Shown here in pieces: positions 35,001 through 46,281 of a stretch of 64,000 nt of DNA. Below the pieces are notes generated by a model. The model ran no database searches, was not told where the DNA came from, and was given only the letters and a program-made list of their open reading frames with translations. This DNA is from Eledone cirrhosa (lineage: Eukaryota): NCBI GenBank assembly GCA_964016885.1, contig OZ024741.1, positions 149,606,001 through 149,670,000 of the forward strand. The letters run 5' to 3'. Within the stretch, counting starts at the first letter, position 1, and each line of letters opens with the position of its first letter. A program made the position numbers and the translations under genes.

Positions 35001-37551
35001 ACTGACTGGTCGAAAACAAACAGAACAGTAAAGTTGTTCTGCATACACTGTTTAAAATAATGACGATGGTCACGACTGGAATGTCTTATCATTACTGACC
35101 TGTGACTAAACATCAATGTAAGACACAAGATGTATTTAGATCACCCAATGATTTTTTAATCTGCTTTGGAAGGTTGTGTTTTATTTTTCTCTTAATTTTT
35201 ATTTATCCATATTAATACCAAACTCTTTGGTTATATGATACAAATCTTTCCCCTCATAATTTTATGTATGAACCTTTGTGTTCCAGACACCAACTTAAGT
35301 TGTTTTACTAAATCACTTTAAATTTGTTATTTTCAAAATTAGTTGAAAACCGTAAGCAGCTTCTTTCATTAGAAATATAGTAATGAAAGGGTTAAATAAA
35401 GTTTGAAACATTATTATTTTATAGAAGTGTTTAGGTCAGTTTATCTTTATAAAAATGGAAGTCACTGTTGGAATCTTAAATGGAACTGTTTAACTGTTTG
35501 ATACTAAACTGGCCCAAACTACCTCTGGTTCTATTTAAATCAAAATCTTCTAACATAATTTTATGTAAGAACCATATGTTCTTATTTTAGTAATGAAATA
35601 AATAATAGTAAATCCATCAATATTCTTCACTAATTAATTGAAATAGTATTTAATTAGAAATATGATTGCAAAAGGGTCAAACCTTTTGTAAATATGGACA
35701 AAAATAAAAATCAATTTCGTTCTCCACCCATTCTCTGTCTTTCATTAGAAATATGGGAAGATAAGAGTTATTTTAATGTTTGGTTGCTGTGTTGTTAGTG
35801 GCATACATGAAAGTTACCTACTTCTTATGATATGAAGGTGGTTGTCAGTGTTTATGCAGTCAACTTTTAACAAGATAATAACTGAGAAGAAGCAATTAAA
35901 ACAGTTTATATATATATATTAAATAGATTTGTATTATAGAACCTAGGCAGTTTCAGGTGGTTTGATGTCAAAAGAGCTAAATGTTTGTATGGTTCCCAAC
36001 TGCTCCATTTTTCAACTCTAAAAATACTATACCCTATGACTTACTGTTAAGAGATAGAAGGCAAAGTCTTGGTGATATTTAAAAATGGAACATAGTTAAT
36101 ACTAATGCTAAACATTTAATCACATACTTTATCATATCTACCACTCATTGTCAACTTTGTGTATATTATTCATGTTAAGTATATTTTTCTATTAAAAAAA
36201 GGTACACTGGTCTTTATTGTCATAGGAGGCAACTGAAAATGTTGGCTCTAGGCAGTAGAATATTACCTCAAAAGGATGCCATGATGAGCATGAAACTTGT
36301 CTTAGGTCTCGCAAGGCTAACTAACCTCTGCTTTAGCGGGGGAAGATGATTTTAAAACGTTTTTGTGTATATGTATGTATATATACATATATATGTATGT
36401 ATGTATATATATATATATATATATTGTACTATAGCTCAGAAATGAAAATTAACATGTAAAAAAATATTCTACATGGATGGTATAAATGAAAGTTGAAGAA
36501 ATGTTTATAGATATTTGTCTAAATTTTTATAACACCATTCTCTTAGATGGGTGTTATGGAGTAACCACAGAAAATGAATAATTTATGACAGTTTTTGAAA
36601 ACCATATTCAGTCAAAACACGTCAAGAATCGTAGGAAAAACATAGATTGCATCTACAAAATTTTAACCAGACCTATAAACTAATTATAAACATATACTGA
36701 TATTTAGGTAGAAATATCCTGTTTATAGCTGTTCATGTTTTGTTCTGAGTCAGCTCTGATTGAACATACAGATCTATGATCAAAGCACTCAACTGTGGCT
36801 ATCCTATCGTTATTTTCTATGTAGTGTGACCCTTGTTTTAAGATAGCAGGGTGAGATTTGTGGAAGCTTTGACTTATTTTTAGCCAGTTGAGTGACTAAT
36901 TAAAGGTAGTCTCATTGGCTCGTATGTGGTGTAGTGTGTCCCTTGTTTTGAGATTATAGGGTGTAATTTGAAGGAGTTTTGACTTAATTTTAGCTGGTTG
37001 AGTGACCAGGTAGTTGTTTCCCCGTTGTCTTTTGATTCAATGTGATGAGTTCCTGTAGTATATCATGCAGGTAACTACAGGTGCAATTCTAGGGATTTCT
37101 CTAATTATCCAATATACAGATGCCATTATAGGAACCGCTGTAGCTATTCATCATAAGGACATTGTTAACTATTCATCATACAAGTAACCCATGCAAGCAT
37201 GGAAAAATGGTTGTTAAAAGATGATGAGGTAACTAACAATAAGTTTCATTGTGGGGACCTATTTAACTATTCATCAAGTAGATCTTATATAGTTTTATAC
37301 TATTTCCACTAATTAGATCCACTGGCACATTTAGTGATTATGAACCAACAAGAGTTTGATTTTTGAGTTATGTGATCCAGTGTAAGTAGAGCCTGTGGAA
37401 ATCTAACTTTGAGATCTTTAAGTACTTCGTCCAAGCTGTGATAATCGACCATATCCAATAGTGCATGCCACTATGTTCATGTAGTGGAGGAGTGTGACCA
37501 TACTATAACAGTGTACCATGAGATCTTGCATATCTGTGTATAGATCTAGAC

Positions 37552-37712
37552 CAGGCATGGGCAACCCTTTTCAAGCAGTGGGGTGCATAGGATGTGGCTT
37601 ATATGGCGGGTCGCACTACTAAAAAATTCAAGGCAATTTTGGAATTAGGCGTGTCATTCAGAAAGCCAAATGAATCGCATGTGGCTTGCGGACTACAGTT
37701 TGCCCATGACTG
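37552..37712. mobile_element. hAT (Charlie-like) MITE
   Basis: TIRs CAGGCATGGGCAA / TTGCCCATGACTG. 8-bp TSD ATCTAGAC at 37544-37551 and 37713-37720. Confidence 0.9.
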
Positions 37713-37880
37713 ATCTAGACCAATGGTTCTTAACCTCTTTTTACTTGTGTGGACCACTTTGATTCCTATTTTACTCTGGCGAATCCTCATAACTATCTGA
37801 TCTTTAAAAATTCAATTCTTTTTTTTTTTGTTCCGTTTGAACTTGGCTCAAGGGAAGGGAGGTTAATCAAAATATATATA

Positions 37881-38149
37881 CAGTAGAACTTAAGTTCACG
37901 AATACCTCGAATCACGAACAAATTGGTTCACAAACAATTTTTCCGAACATAAAACATATTGGTTGATGAACATGTAAGCCGACAACAACTGTTGGAGACA
38001 AGCTAGGAGTATCAGCAGGAAAACTTCACTTAGTGTGTAGTTAATTACTATCTGTCTTTCACACACACACACTGTATTTTTCTCTCAACATTTTGGTTGA
38101 CAAATGGCCTTCAGGGAAAAAATTATGTTCATGAACCAAGGTTCTGCTG
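37881..38149. mobile_element. Tigger/pogo-like MITE
   Basis: TA|CAGTAGAACTTAAGTTCACGAA ... TTCATGAACCAAGGTTCTGCTG imperfect TIRs. Confidence 0.75.
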
Positions 38150-39049
38150 TGTGTGTGTGTATGTAATAATAGGTGGTTCAGTGGATTCATGGTTTACTGA
38201 GGCAGGTACCAAAATAAGCACTCTATGCTAAGGCTGAGTGTATATATTAAAAACAAAGTGAGATTTCACGTTAATGTCTTTATTGATTATACACAGTTAC
38301 AACCGTTTCACAGAGTTCAAATCCCACCGAGGTCAACTTTGCCTTTCACCTCTTTTGAGGTTGATAAAAAAAGTACCATTTTATTACTGGGGTTGATTCT
38401 TCCTCGCTCTGTACTCAGGCATGGAGAGGGATGGGCTCCGTTAGGCTTTAAAAAATGCCCAAAAAACACTATATCAATTTGGCACCCCTACAGCTCTCAG
38501 GAATTAAGGGACCATACCATATGTATTTATATGTATATGTGGATATATATATATATCTACATATACACTGTAAATGTGGTTGGTGTTAGGAAGGGCATCC
38601 AGCCGTAGAAAACCTGCCAGATAGTCCTATATGAGTATGACACGGTCACCCGACCAACCTTGCCTCAAGTGGGACAACACCCGTCTAACCCATACTAGTG
38701 TGGAAGATGGACGTTAAACGATGATGATGATGATACGTTTGAAGTTAGAAGGCCATATCTATATGTATGTATGTGTATATGTGTATGTATGTATATGTGT
38801 CTATATATATATGTTAGCATGGAAGATGGATGTTAAACGATGATGATGATACAGGGTGTAACAGGTAAATTGGGACAAGTTTCAAATGGGTATATTTCTA
38901 ATTGTATAGATTTTATTGGATTCTAAATTTTAATTATTACCAGCTTGAATAATCACTTATTCATAATTTGTTCAATCTGAAATAAAATAAAAAATAGTAT
39001 GTTAATAAAAAATTAAACACCAAGACTCTGGCTTCACTGTAACACCGGC

Positions 39050-39530
39050 TCAGAGCAAGAGAATTAAGACTAAAATGATATCAGATGCTGAATTTTCTGA
39101 GGACATAGCTCTGGTGACAAACACAGTGAAGGAGGCACAGGAGTTGATGTGAGAGGTGGAGACTGTCGATGAGTGTGGAGCTGAGAATGAATAAGAGTAA
39201 GACGAAGTATCTGGTAGAGAACATCAAGGAGCAGAGAAGATTATGAATGTGGGCGGGAAGCTGCTAGAGCTGGTTGAGGACTTCTTGTATCTGGGATTAG
39301 GAACACAGATGATGATGTGGTGGAGAGGAAGAGCAAAGCCTGGATGGCATGTCAGTTTGAGGTTGGTGTGGAAGTTGGATCTTCGTAAAGACCTCAAAAT
39401 CCGTCTCTTCGTCGCCGCAGTGGAATCTGCGCTGGTCTGGGATTTGGACACTGACCAAGAAACTCACTCTGAACATGAAGTAGTATGCGCTAAGGAGACG
39501 CGGGACATGATGACAGGCCACTGGAGAGAA
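39050..39530 (+). mobile_element. Decayed RTE-like RT fragment
   Basis: ISDAEFSEDIAL...MNKSKTKYL...ELVEDFLYLG...LKIRLFVAAVESAL. Confidence 0.65.
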
Positions 39531-39787
39531 CTGTTTCTGACTAGATTTCTACAGCTGGATGCCCTTCCTAACACCAACCACATTTATAGTGTGTGCTGGG
39601 TGCTTTTTGTTATAACTCCTACATGACCACTTTACACTGGGCTGGGTGCTTTTTGTTGTGACACCTGCACAACCACTTTACAATGTAATCGGGGTGCTTT
39701 GTGTCGTGACACCTACACAACCACTTTACAGTGGGCTGGGTGCTCTTTGTCATGACTACTTTACAGTGTGGGCTGGATTTATATACT

Positions 39788-40145
39788 TCATCATCATCAT
39801 CATCATCACCGTTTTACGTCCGTTCTTCCACGCTAGCATGGGTTAGACGGGTTGTCCTGTTGTGGGCAGTGTCTGGTCGGCTGACCATGCCTTGCTCATA
39901 CAGGAACTGATCTGGCTTGATTTCTACAGCTGGATGCCCTTCCTAACACCAACCTCATTTACAGTGAGTGCTGGGTGCTTTTTCGTGGCGCCTACACGTC
40001 CACTTTACAGTGTGGGCTGGGTGCTTTTTTGCCGTGGCACCTCCACGACCACCTTGCGGTGGGGGGGGGGGGGGGGCATATTGTTTATATGCTTCAGCAT
40101 GTACCCATGGGAGGTCGGGTACCCTGTATTACTGCGTGACGCCAG
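39788..40145 (-). mobile_element. Young 3' fragment of RTE family A
   Basis: Near-identical reverse complement of 11083-11437, including the C-run and tail. Confidence 0.92.
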
Positions 40146-40310
40146 GATGTGTATATTTATATATAGTGTAGGTGAATCAGTGAATTACTGACAGTGGTAC
40201 CAAAACAAGCACTCGATCTACAGGCAATGTATATATTAATAAGAACGTTCTTATACATAGATTTATATATAAATTTATATATATTTTGATATATATATAT
40301 GTATATATAT

Positions 40311-41232
40311 TAGCTCTCAGCTCTTAGTCCAGCTTGTTCTGTCGGGAACATAAGTCAACCAATCTTCTCCATCGCTGTTGGTTGTTGGCAATTCATTGAC
40401 ATCTGTGCCCAGTGGTGTTAATGGTTTGTAGGTGGCTTTGGAATGCACACCACCGAGTCATGTTTGGTCGGCCTCCGCTTGTCTTTGAGGAGAGTCCGTG
40501 TCATTGCAGATTTGGGCGGGCGATATTCTGGGAGGAACAGAATGTGACACGCAAAACAGAACCCAGTGCTCTGTGACTTTCTCCTGCATTGTACATGACC
40601 CTGCTCTCCGCCGGATCTTTTCATTGCTAACCCGATCTCACCAGATCAGCTTTAGACTCTTATGCAGGCATCTTTGATGGAAAGTGTTTAGACGCTTATC
40701 CATCTTGGTAGTACATTTTCATATTTCGCAGGCATACATGGCTGTGGGAAGTACAATGCATGGTTACAGGCTCAGCTTGATTTACGTCCTGATGGCTGTG
40801 TCTGACCAAATCAAGTGCATCCATTGGAACACAGCGGTCGCCTTGCCAATGCTTCAGTTGATGTCTAGCTCCATGTTGCCAGTCGCTCAGGATGCTACCA
40901 AGGTACGTGAAGTGGTCGACCATGTTCAGCTCCTGTTCGTTCACCTTAACTGCAACAACCTTTCTGAGGTTGCTTTCCACTTTCATAACCATGGTCATTT
41001 GGGTGTTGACTTGTAACCTGATCTCCTCGGCTTTCAGTTGCAGGGAGGTTGTTAGCTCCTGCAGGTTCGTACTGTCCTCAGCTAGCAAGGTGATGTGAGC
41101 AAAATCCAGGTCTTTTCAATCTTGATTTCCCTGTCCACAAGAACCCCAGACCGGCAGTCTTTTTCAATACAAAATCAGCTGCCAGTAGGGACAATAGGAG
41201 AGAGAGAGGATGCAGCCTTGTCTGACCCTGAA
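40311..41232 (-). mobile_element. Decayed RTE fragment of another family
   Basis: GVRQGCILSP-like start, then LAEDSTNLQEL...LQVNTQMT...VDHFTYLGS. Confidence 0.7.
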
Positions 41233-41434
41233 GATGATGTTGATATATTTTTATATATATTTATTATTATTATATTTTTATATTTATATAATATCATCAT
41301 CATCACCGTTTAACGTCGATTTTCCATGCTTGCATGAGTTAGATGGATCATCTACAATAAGGCTGACTAGAGTTGGCCAGGAATTTTACAGCTGGATGCC
41401 CTTCCTAACACCAAACATATTTCCAGTGTGGAAC

Positions 41435-41735
41435 TGAATGGCACTGTTATGAGGAGGAACAGGCCAGTTGGCTGTGTGGAAATGGATGGCACTGCTATGA
41501 GGAGAGACAGGCTGTTGGCTGTGGCGGAATCATAGTTTGGGAGCCCCCACTGGCGCTGCTATGGGGAGGGACAGGCTAGTTGGCCGCACTGAACACATCT
41601 CATGGTGGAGCCATAGATTGAGAGCCGCGGTCACATTTACTGTGTGTAACTGGATGGTATCGCTATGAGAGGGACAGGCCAGTTGGCTTCACTGAACCCT
41701 TCCTGCAGCGGAACCATAGTTTGGGAGCCACATGG
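41435..41735 (+). repeat. Degenerate GC-rich minisatellite
   Basis: About 4 copies of 'ggcactgctatgaggagggacaggccagttggc' with variable spacers. Confidence 0.7.
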
Positions 41736-41950
41736 CTGTGCCATTCCCTGCTCAGGATGGATTCAGTTTGAAACTAGTTAGACCATTACTCAACAGAGTA
41801 CTTGATACTTAAGGTAGTAGAGTATGGTTATATTATAAAGAGTTGGAACCCGATGCTGAGCTCTTGCTGTTTCAACAGCTAGTTCCAGACTGTCTGGAAC
41901 TAGCTGTTGAAATGGCAAGAGCTCAGCTGTCAAGTCCTGACTTTTTATAA

Positions 41951-42276
41951 TCTATATATCTAAAACAGAGAATGTCTGTCTGTCTGACTCCCTAAAACTC
42001 GAGAACCACGCAACCGGTTGTTTTCAAACCTTACACATGTAATACTTATGGTCCTGTGAGTGTTTTGAGCAAAAAAAAAATTTCTAATTTTCAATGCCCT
42101 AGCGACCGCATTACACGATTTAGAGATCTCTCTCTATAATTCTTAGTCTTTCTTTTTAGATAGATGCATAGATATAACGTTGCGCTCTTATAATAATATC
42201 TGTCTGTATGTCTGGCTGTCTGCATTACAACATTATGACGCTATATGTGTGTGTGTGTATATGTATATATAGTGTG

Positions 42277-42318
<42 letters not shown>

Positions 42319-42938
42319 TTGTGAGTTCAATTCTCAGACCGGGTGATGTGTTGTTTCCTTGAGCAAGACACTTATTTCACATTGCTCCAGTTTACTCAGC
42401 TGTAGAAATGAGATGATAGGACTGGGGGTCCCTATCATTCCACTGCAAAGTGGTCGTGGAGGTGCCACAGCAAAAAAAAAGCACCCAGCCCACTGTAAAG
42501 TGGACGTGTAGGCTCCACAGAGAAAAAAAGCACCCAGCACTCACTGTAAATGAGGTTGGTGTTAGGAAGGGCATCCAGCTGTAGAAATCAACCCAGAATC
42601 AGTTCCCGTCCCACCCTTGCAAGCAGGGAAAAGCGGACTTAAAATGATGATGATGATAGTGTGTAACGTTTTTCGAAATATTTACTTCTACGTTCACAGA
42701 CTGATTTTTTTTAGTTTCAGAAGATCCCGTTAAGAGTGACAGCAGCGATTCTTTGCTTAAACTTTAATCTGTTATTTTTATATATATAATTATATATTCG
42801 TGAACAGATATTTTTGCATACACAATAACAAAATATAAACAAACGTATTTATTTCACGAGGCTCAATAAGGATAAATATATATCAAATATATAAGAACCC
42901 TAGAGCAAATCCCGAGCAACGCCGGGCCATTCTGCTAG
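41951..42938 (+). mobile_element. Non-autonomous Helitron, copy 1 (contains SINE at 42317-42657)
   Basis: A|TCTATATATCTAAAA start, (CTGT)n, subterminal hairpin CCCGAGC-AAC-GCCGGG, CTAG|T end, no TSD. Confidence 0.85.
42317..42657 (+). mobile_element. 5'-truncated SINE of the 11998 family
   Basis: Collinear with 12047-12430; same RTE-family-B terminus and (GAT)n tail. Confidence 0.88.
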
Positions 42939-42940
42939 TA

Positions 42941-43649
42941 TCTATATATCTAAAACAGAGAATGTCTGTCTGTCTGACTCCCTAAAACTCGAGAACCACC
43001 CAACCGGTTTTTTTCAAACTTTACACGTGTGAGTGTTTTGAGCAAAAAATATTTCAAATTTTCAATGCCCTAGGGACCGCATTAGATAGCTATAACATCG
43101 CGCCCTTATAATATCTGTCTGCATTACAACATTTTACTTCTGCGTTCACAGATTGATTTTTTTTTAGTTTCAGAAGATCCCGTTAAGGGTGAAAGCAGCG
43201 ATTTTTCGTTTAAACTTTAATCTGTTATCTTAATATATATATATATATAATTATATATTTGTGTGCAGATATTTTTGCATACACAATAACAAAATATAAA
43301 CAAACGCATTTATTTCATGAGGCTTGATAAGGATAAATATATATCAAATATATAAGAACCCTAGAGCAAATATTGTTCTCATTGCTGACAAAGCAGAAGG
43401 GGATATACACGATTGGCTGAAGAAGTACGAGACTGTGTTAGTAGTACGACCAACAGCAGCAAAAACAACAACAAAAAAGAGAGGGAACGCAATTACATGC
43501 TTTTGAAAAATCTTAATGGAAAATGATTTGCCTATTCACCAAAGGCAACTTCACTTTTTATTAGGACTTCTGCATCAATTGGTGAACATACGATGAAACT
43601 GTTTCGATCTATGTTTAGAATCCCGAGCAACGCCGGGCCATTCTGCTAG
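42941..43649 (+). mobile_element. Non-autonomous Helitron, copy 2 (head-to-tail with copy 1)
   Basis: Same TC start, hairpin and CTAG end. Extra ~250 bp at 43372-43620. Confidence 0.85.
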
Positions 43650-43883
43650 TATGTTTATAAAGCAGCCAGCACATACTGTAAATGTGGTTGCCATTAGGAA
43701 GGGCATCCAGCCAGAAACACTCCTATATTAGCTCGACATGGTTACCTGACCTAAATTGCCTCTAAATGAGCAAACCTGTTAACCCATGCTGGCGTGGAAG
43801 ATAGACGTTAAACGATGATGATTTATATATATATATATGTAAGTTGTGTGTGTAACTACAGTTACAGGCAGTGTACCGTTTAA

Positions 43884-44093
43884 CCCTTTAGTATTCACAT
43901 TACTCTATATATACTATTATATTTTCATGGTAAAGGCTTTGCCTCGCATAATTATATCACATAATATCGAATCTATGAGATTTTGAAAGCATTTATTTTG
44001 AGAACAATACCTTAACATAAGTTTGAGCGACCAGTTACAGCCAGTTTCAACAGAAAGAGGTAGAGAATTCTGGCCGGTTTGAACATTAAAGGG
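43884..44093. mobile_element. piggyBac-like TTAA MITE; second copy at 46805-47009, partial copy from 44472
   Basis: TTAA|CCCTTTAGTATTCA ... TGAACATTAAAGGG|TTAA. Confidence 0.8.
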
Positions 44094-44377
44094 TTAAAGC
44101 ACTCGGTGCTGTTACGAGGTCCATCTCATGTTATCCATTACTTAATTTTTTACTTTATTACATTACTCGTTTTTTTTATCCTTTATTTTTTAAAATTTAT
44201 TCTTTTACCTTTTTAATTTTTAAAATTTCTTTTTATCTTTCAACTCTTCTATGGCCTTTAAATATATAGTTATCATTTACCTACTCCTCCATCTCCAAAA
44301 TCCCACTAATAAGAGTATATAAGGGGATTCTAGGAACTCTGCCCACAGTTTTGATATGTCTTTGCTCATATAACTCA

Positions 44378-44464
44378 CATATCTGACGAGATGTCGCAGA
44401 AGAGTCGGGCCCTGTCTCTTTGATTGTACTCTGAGCTGATCGGTATCGAAACAATTATAATATG
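44378..44464 (+). ncRNA. Type-I hammerhead motif (family H4) with long stem II loop
   Basis: CATAT-CTGACGA-GATGTCG...CGGTATC-GAAA-C(AATT)A-TA-ATATG, with TATATAAG at 44316. The C-A mismatch in stem III suggests decay. Confidence 0.62.
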
Positions 44465-44618
44465 CCATTAACCCTTTAGCATTTACATTATTCTATATTT
44501 ACTATTGTAAAAAAGCTTTATTTCACATAAATATCAGTAAGCTACTCTTATGGAGAAATGGCTCTATCCCGTAGTGTACTACGGTGGTCTCTTTTGCAAA
44601 TTTTAAAAAGGTCCACAC

Positions 44619-44668
<50 letters not shown>

Positions 44669-45224
44669 TGTAGTATAAGTTTGAGAGAAATATCCAAGGG
44701 TAAGAGCACTCAGTTCATAGGACGAGTTAAGTATAATTAGTTACAATAGTGACATATACAGGTACTGTATGAAGGACAGGCTGAATGAGTTGGAGGTGTA
44801 TAACCAAACAAAACTTAAGTACTTATATATGTCATTGTTGTAACTAATTATATATATCATCATTATCATCATCACTGTTCAACATCTATTTTTTCCATGC
44901 TAGCATGGGTTAGACGAGTTGTCGTGTTGTGTGATAGGCCAGGTCATTTGACCATGTCTTGCTTATACAGAACTGATATATGCTTGGTTTCTACAACTGG
45001 ATGCCATTCCTAACGCCAACCACATTTTACAGTGAGATATCCTCCTATCTCCCTTCCCCCTCTATTGTCGGAATTGGATGGAATTAAGCCTGTTCATCCT
45101 CGTACACCGATTCTGATTGCCAAGGTCTTTACTTTCAGCCAGTTTCATTTCTTTCTCACGGCTTAAGATAATTTGCTTTGAAAGTAAAATGTTTACAATG
45201 GAAGGGGAGACATGGTGTAACTGA

Positions 45225-45470
45225 GAAGATGGAATTGTGGGTTGTGTATGGAGTAGGACTTCTTGACTAATCTGAGACTACCCAACCACTGTGTGTGCTA
45301 TGATATCTGGACTGATCTGGGACTACACAACAGCTGTGTGGTATGATATTTGGACTGAGATGGGACTACACAAGTGTGATACGACATTTGGGTTGTGTAT
45401 GGAGTATGTCATCTTAACTAATCCAAGACTACACAACTGGTGATGGTGACATCTAGACTGAGCGTGATGT
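45225..45470 (+). repeat. Degenerate ~42-bp minisatellite
   Basis: Recurrent 'gactgatctgggactacacaac...tgatatctg'. Confidence 0.6.
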
Positions 45471-45854
45471 GTGCTGAGTGCAAATCTGAATACATTTCAT
45501 ACCATTTTACTTTAGTGTTTAAGATATTACTATATATAATTACTGGAGTCAGTACCCCAGTATGACCTTAGTCTAATGATTCAGCCTTATAAAACAATAA
45601 ATGGGTGGTGCCTTTTACAGAATGTGTAGTGTGACAAGATTTAGTTATGTGTTCCATCTGAGTTAACCCTTGTCACCCTTAAGTTTTATAGCTGGATACC
45701 CTTCTTGGTTCCAAAACTTTTAATTTCCTCTTACATCATTCAGGGATATGGTGTACATATTCTAAACCAGTTACACACATCATATATAGTATGGCACAAA
45801 GCTGTTTATTTAAAAGTATTTATATTTATCTAAAAACACCCATAATGTTGCACC

Positions 45855-46281
45855 TTTATAATATCTGTCTGCATTATGACATTATGACAAATATTGTTCT
45901 TATTGCTGACGTATTATCTTCGCTATTTTCTGTTCATTGCCAGGAACGTCTTCACAAACCAAAGTATCGTCTTCCTGTTTTCCTTCGGTTGCAACGTTTT
46001 TCGAAATATTTACTTCTGCGTTCACAGATAGATTTTTTTAGCTTCAGAAGATCCCAGTTAAGGGTGAAAGCAGCGATTTTTTGCTTAAACTTTAATCCGT
46101 TATTTTAATATATATAGCGTGGAAGAACGGATGTAAAACGATGATGATGATGATATATATAAGCATAAAATGTAGACACCATCCCCAGGCATTCCGTACT
46201 TCTCTGTACTGTTTCAGAAAGGAAGGATAAACATGCCAACCTATGTTTAGAATCCCGAGCAACGCTGGGCCATTCTGTTAG
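45855..46281 (+). mobile_element. Helitron copy 3 (5'-deleted, older)
   Basis: Shares internal blocks with copies 1 and 2 and ends 'cccgagcaacgctgggccattctgttag|t'. Confidence 0.7.
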
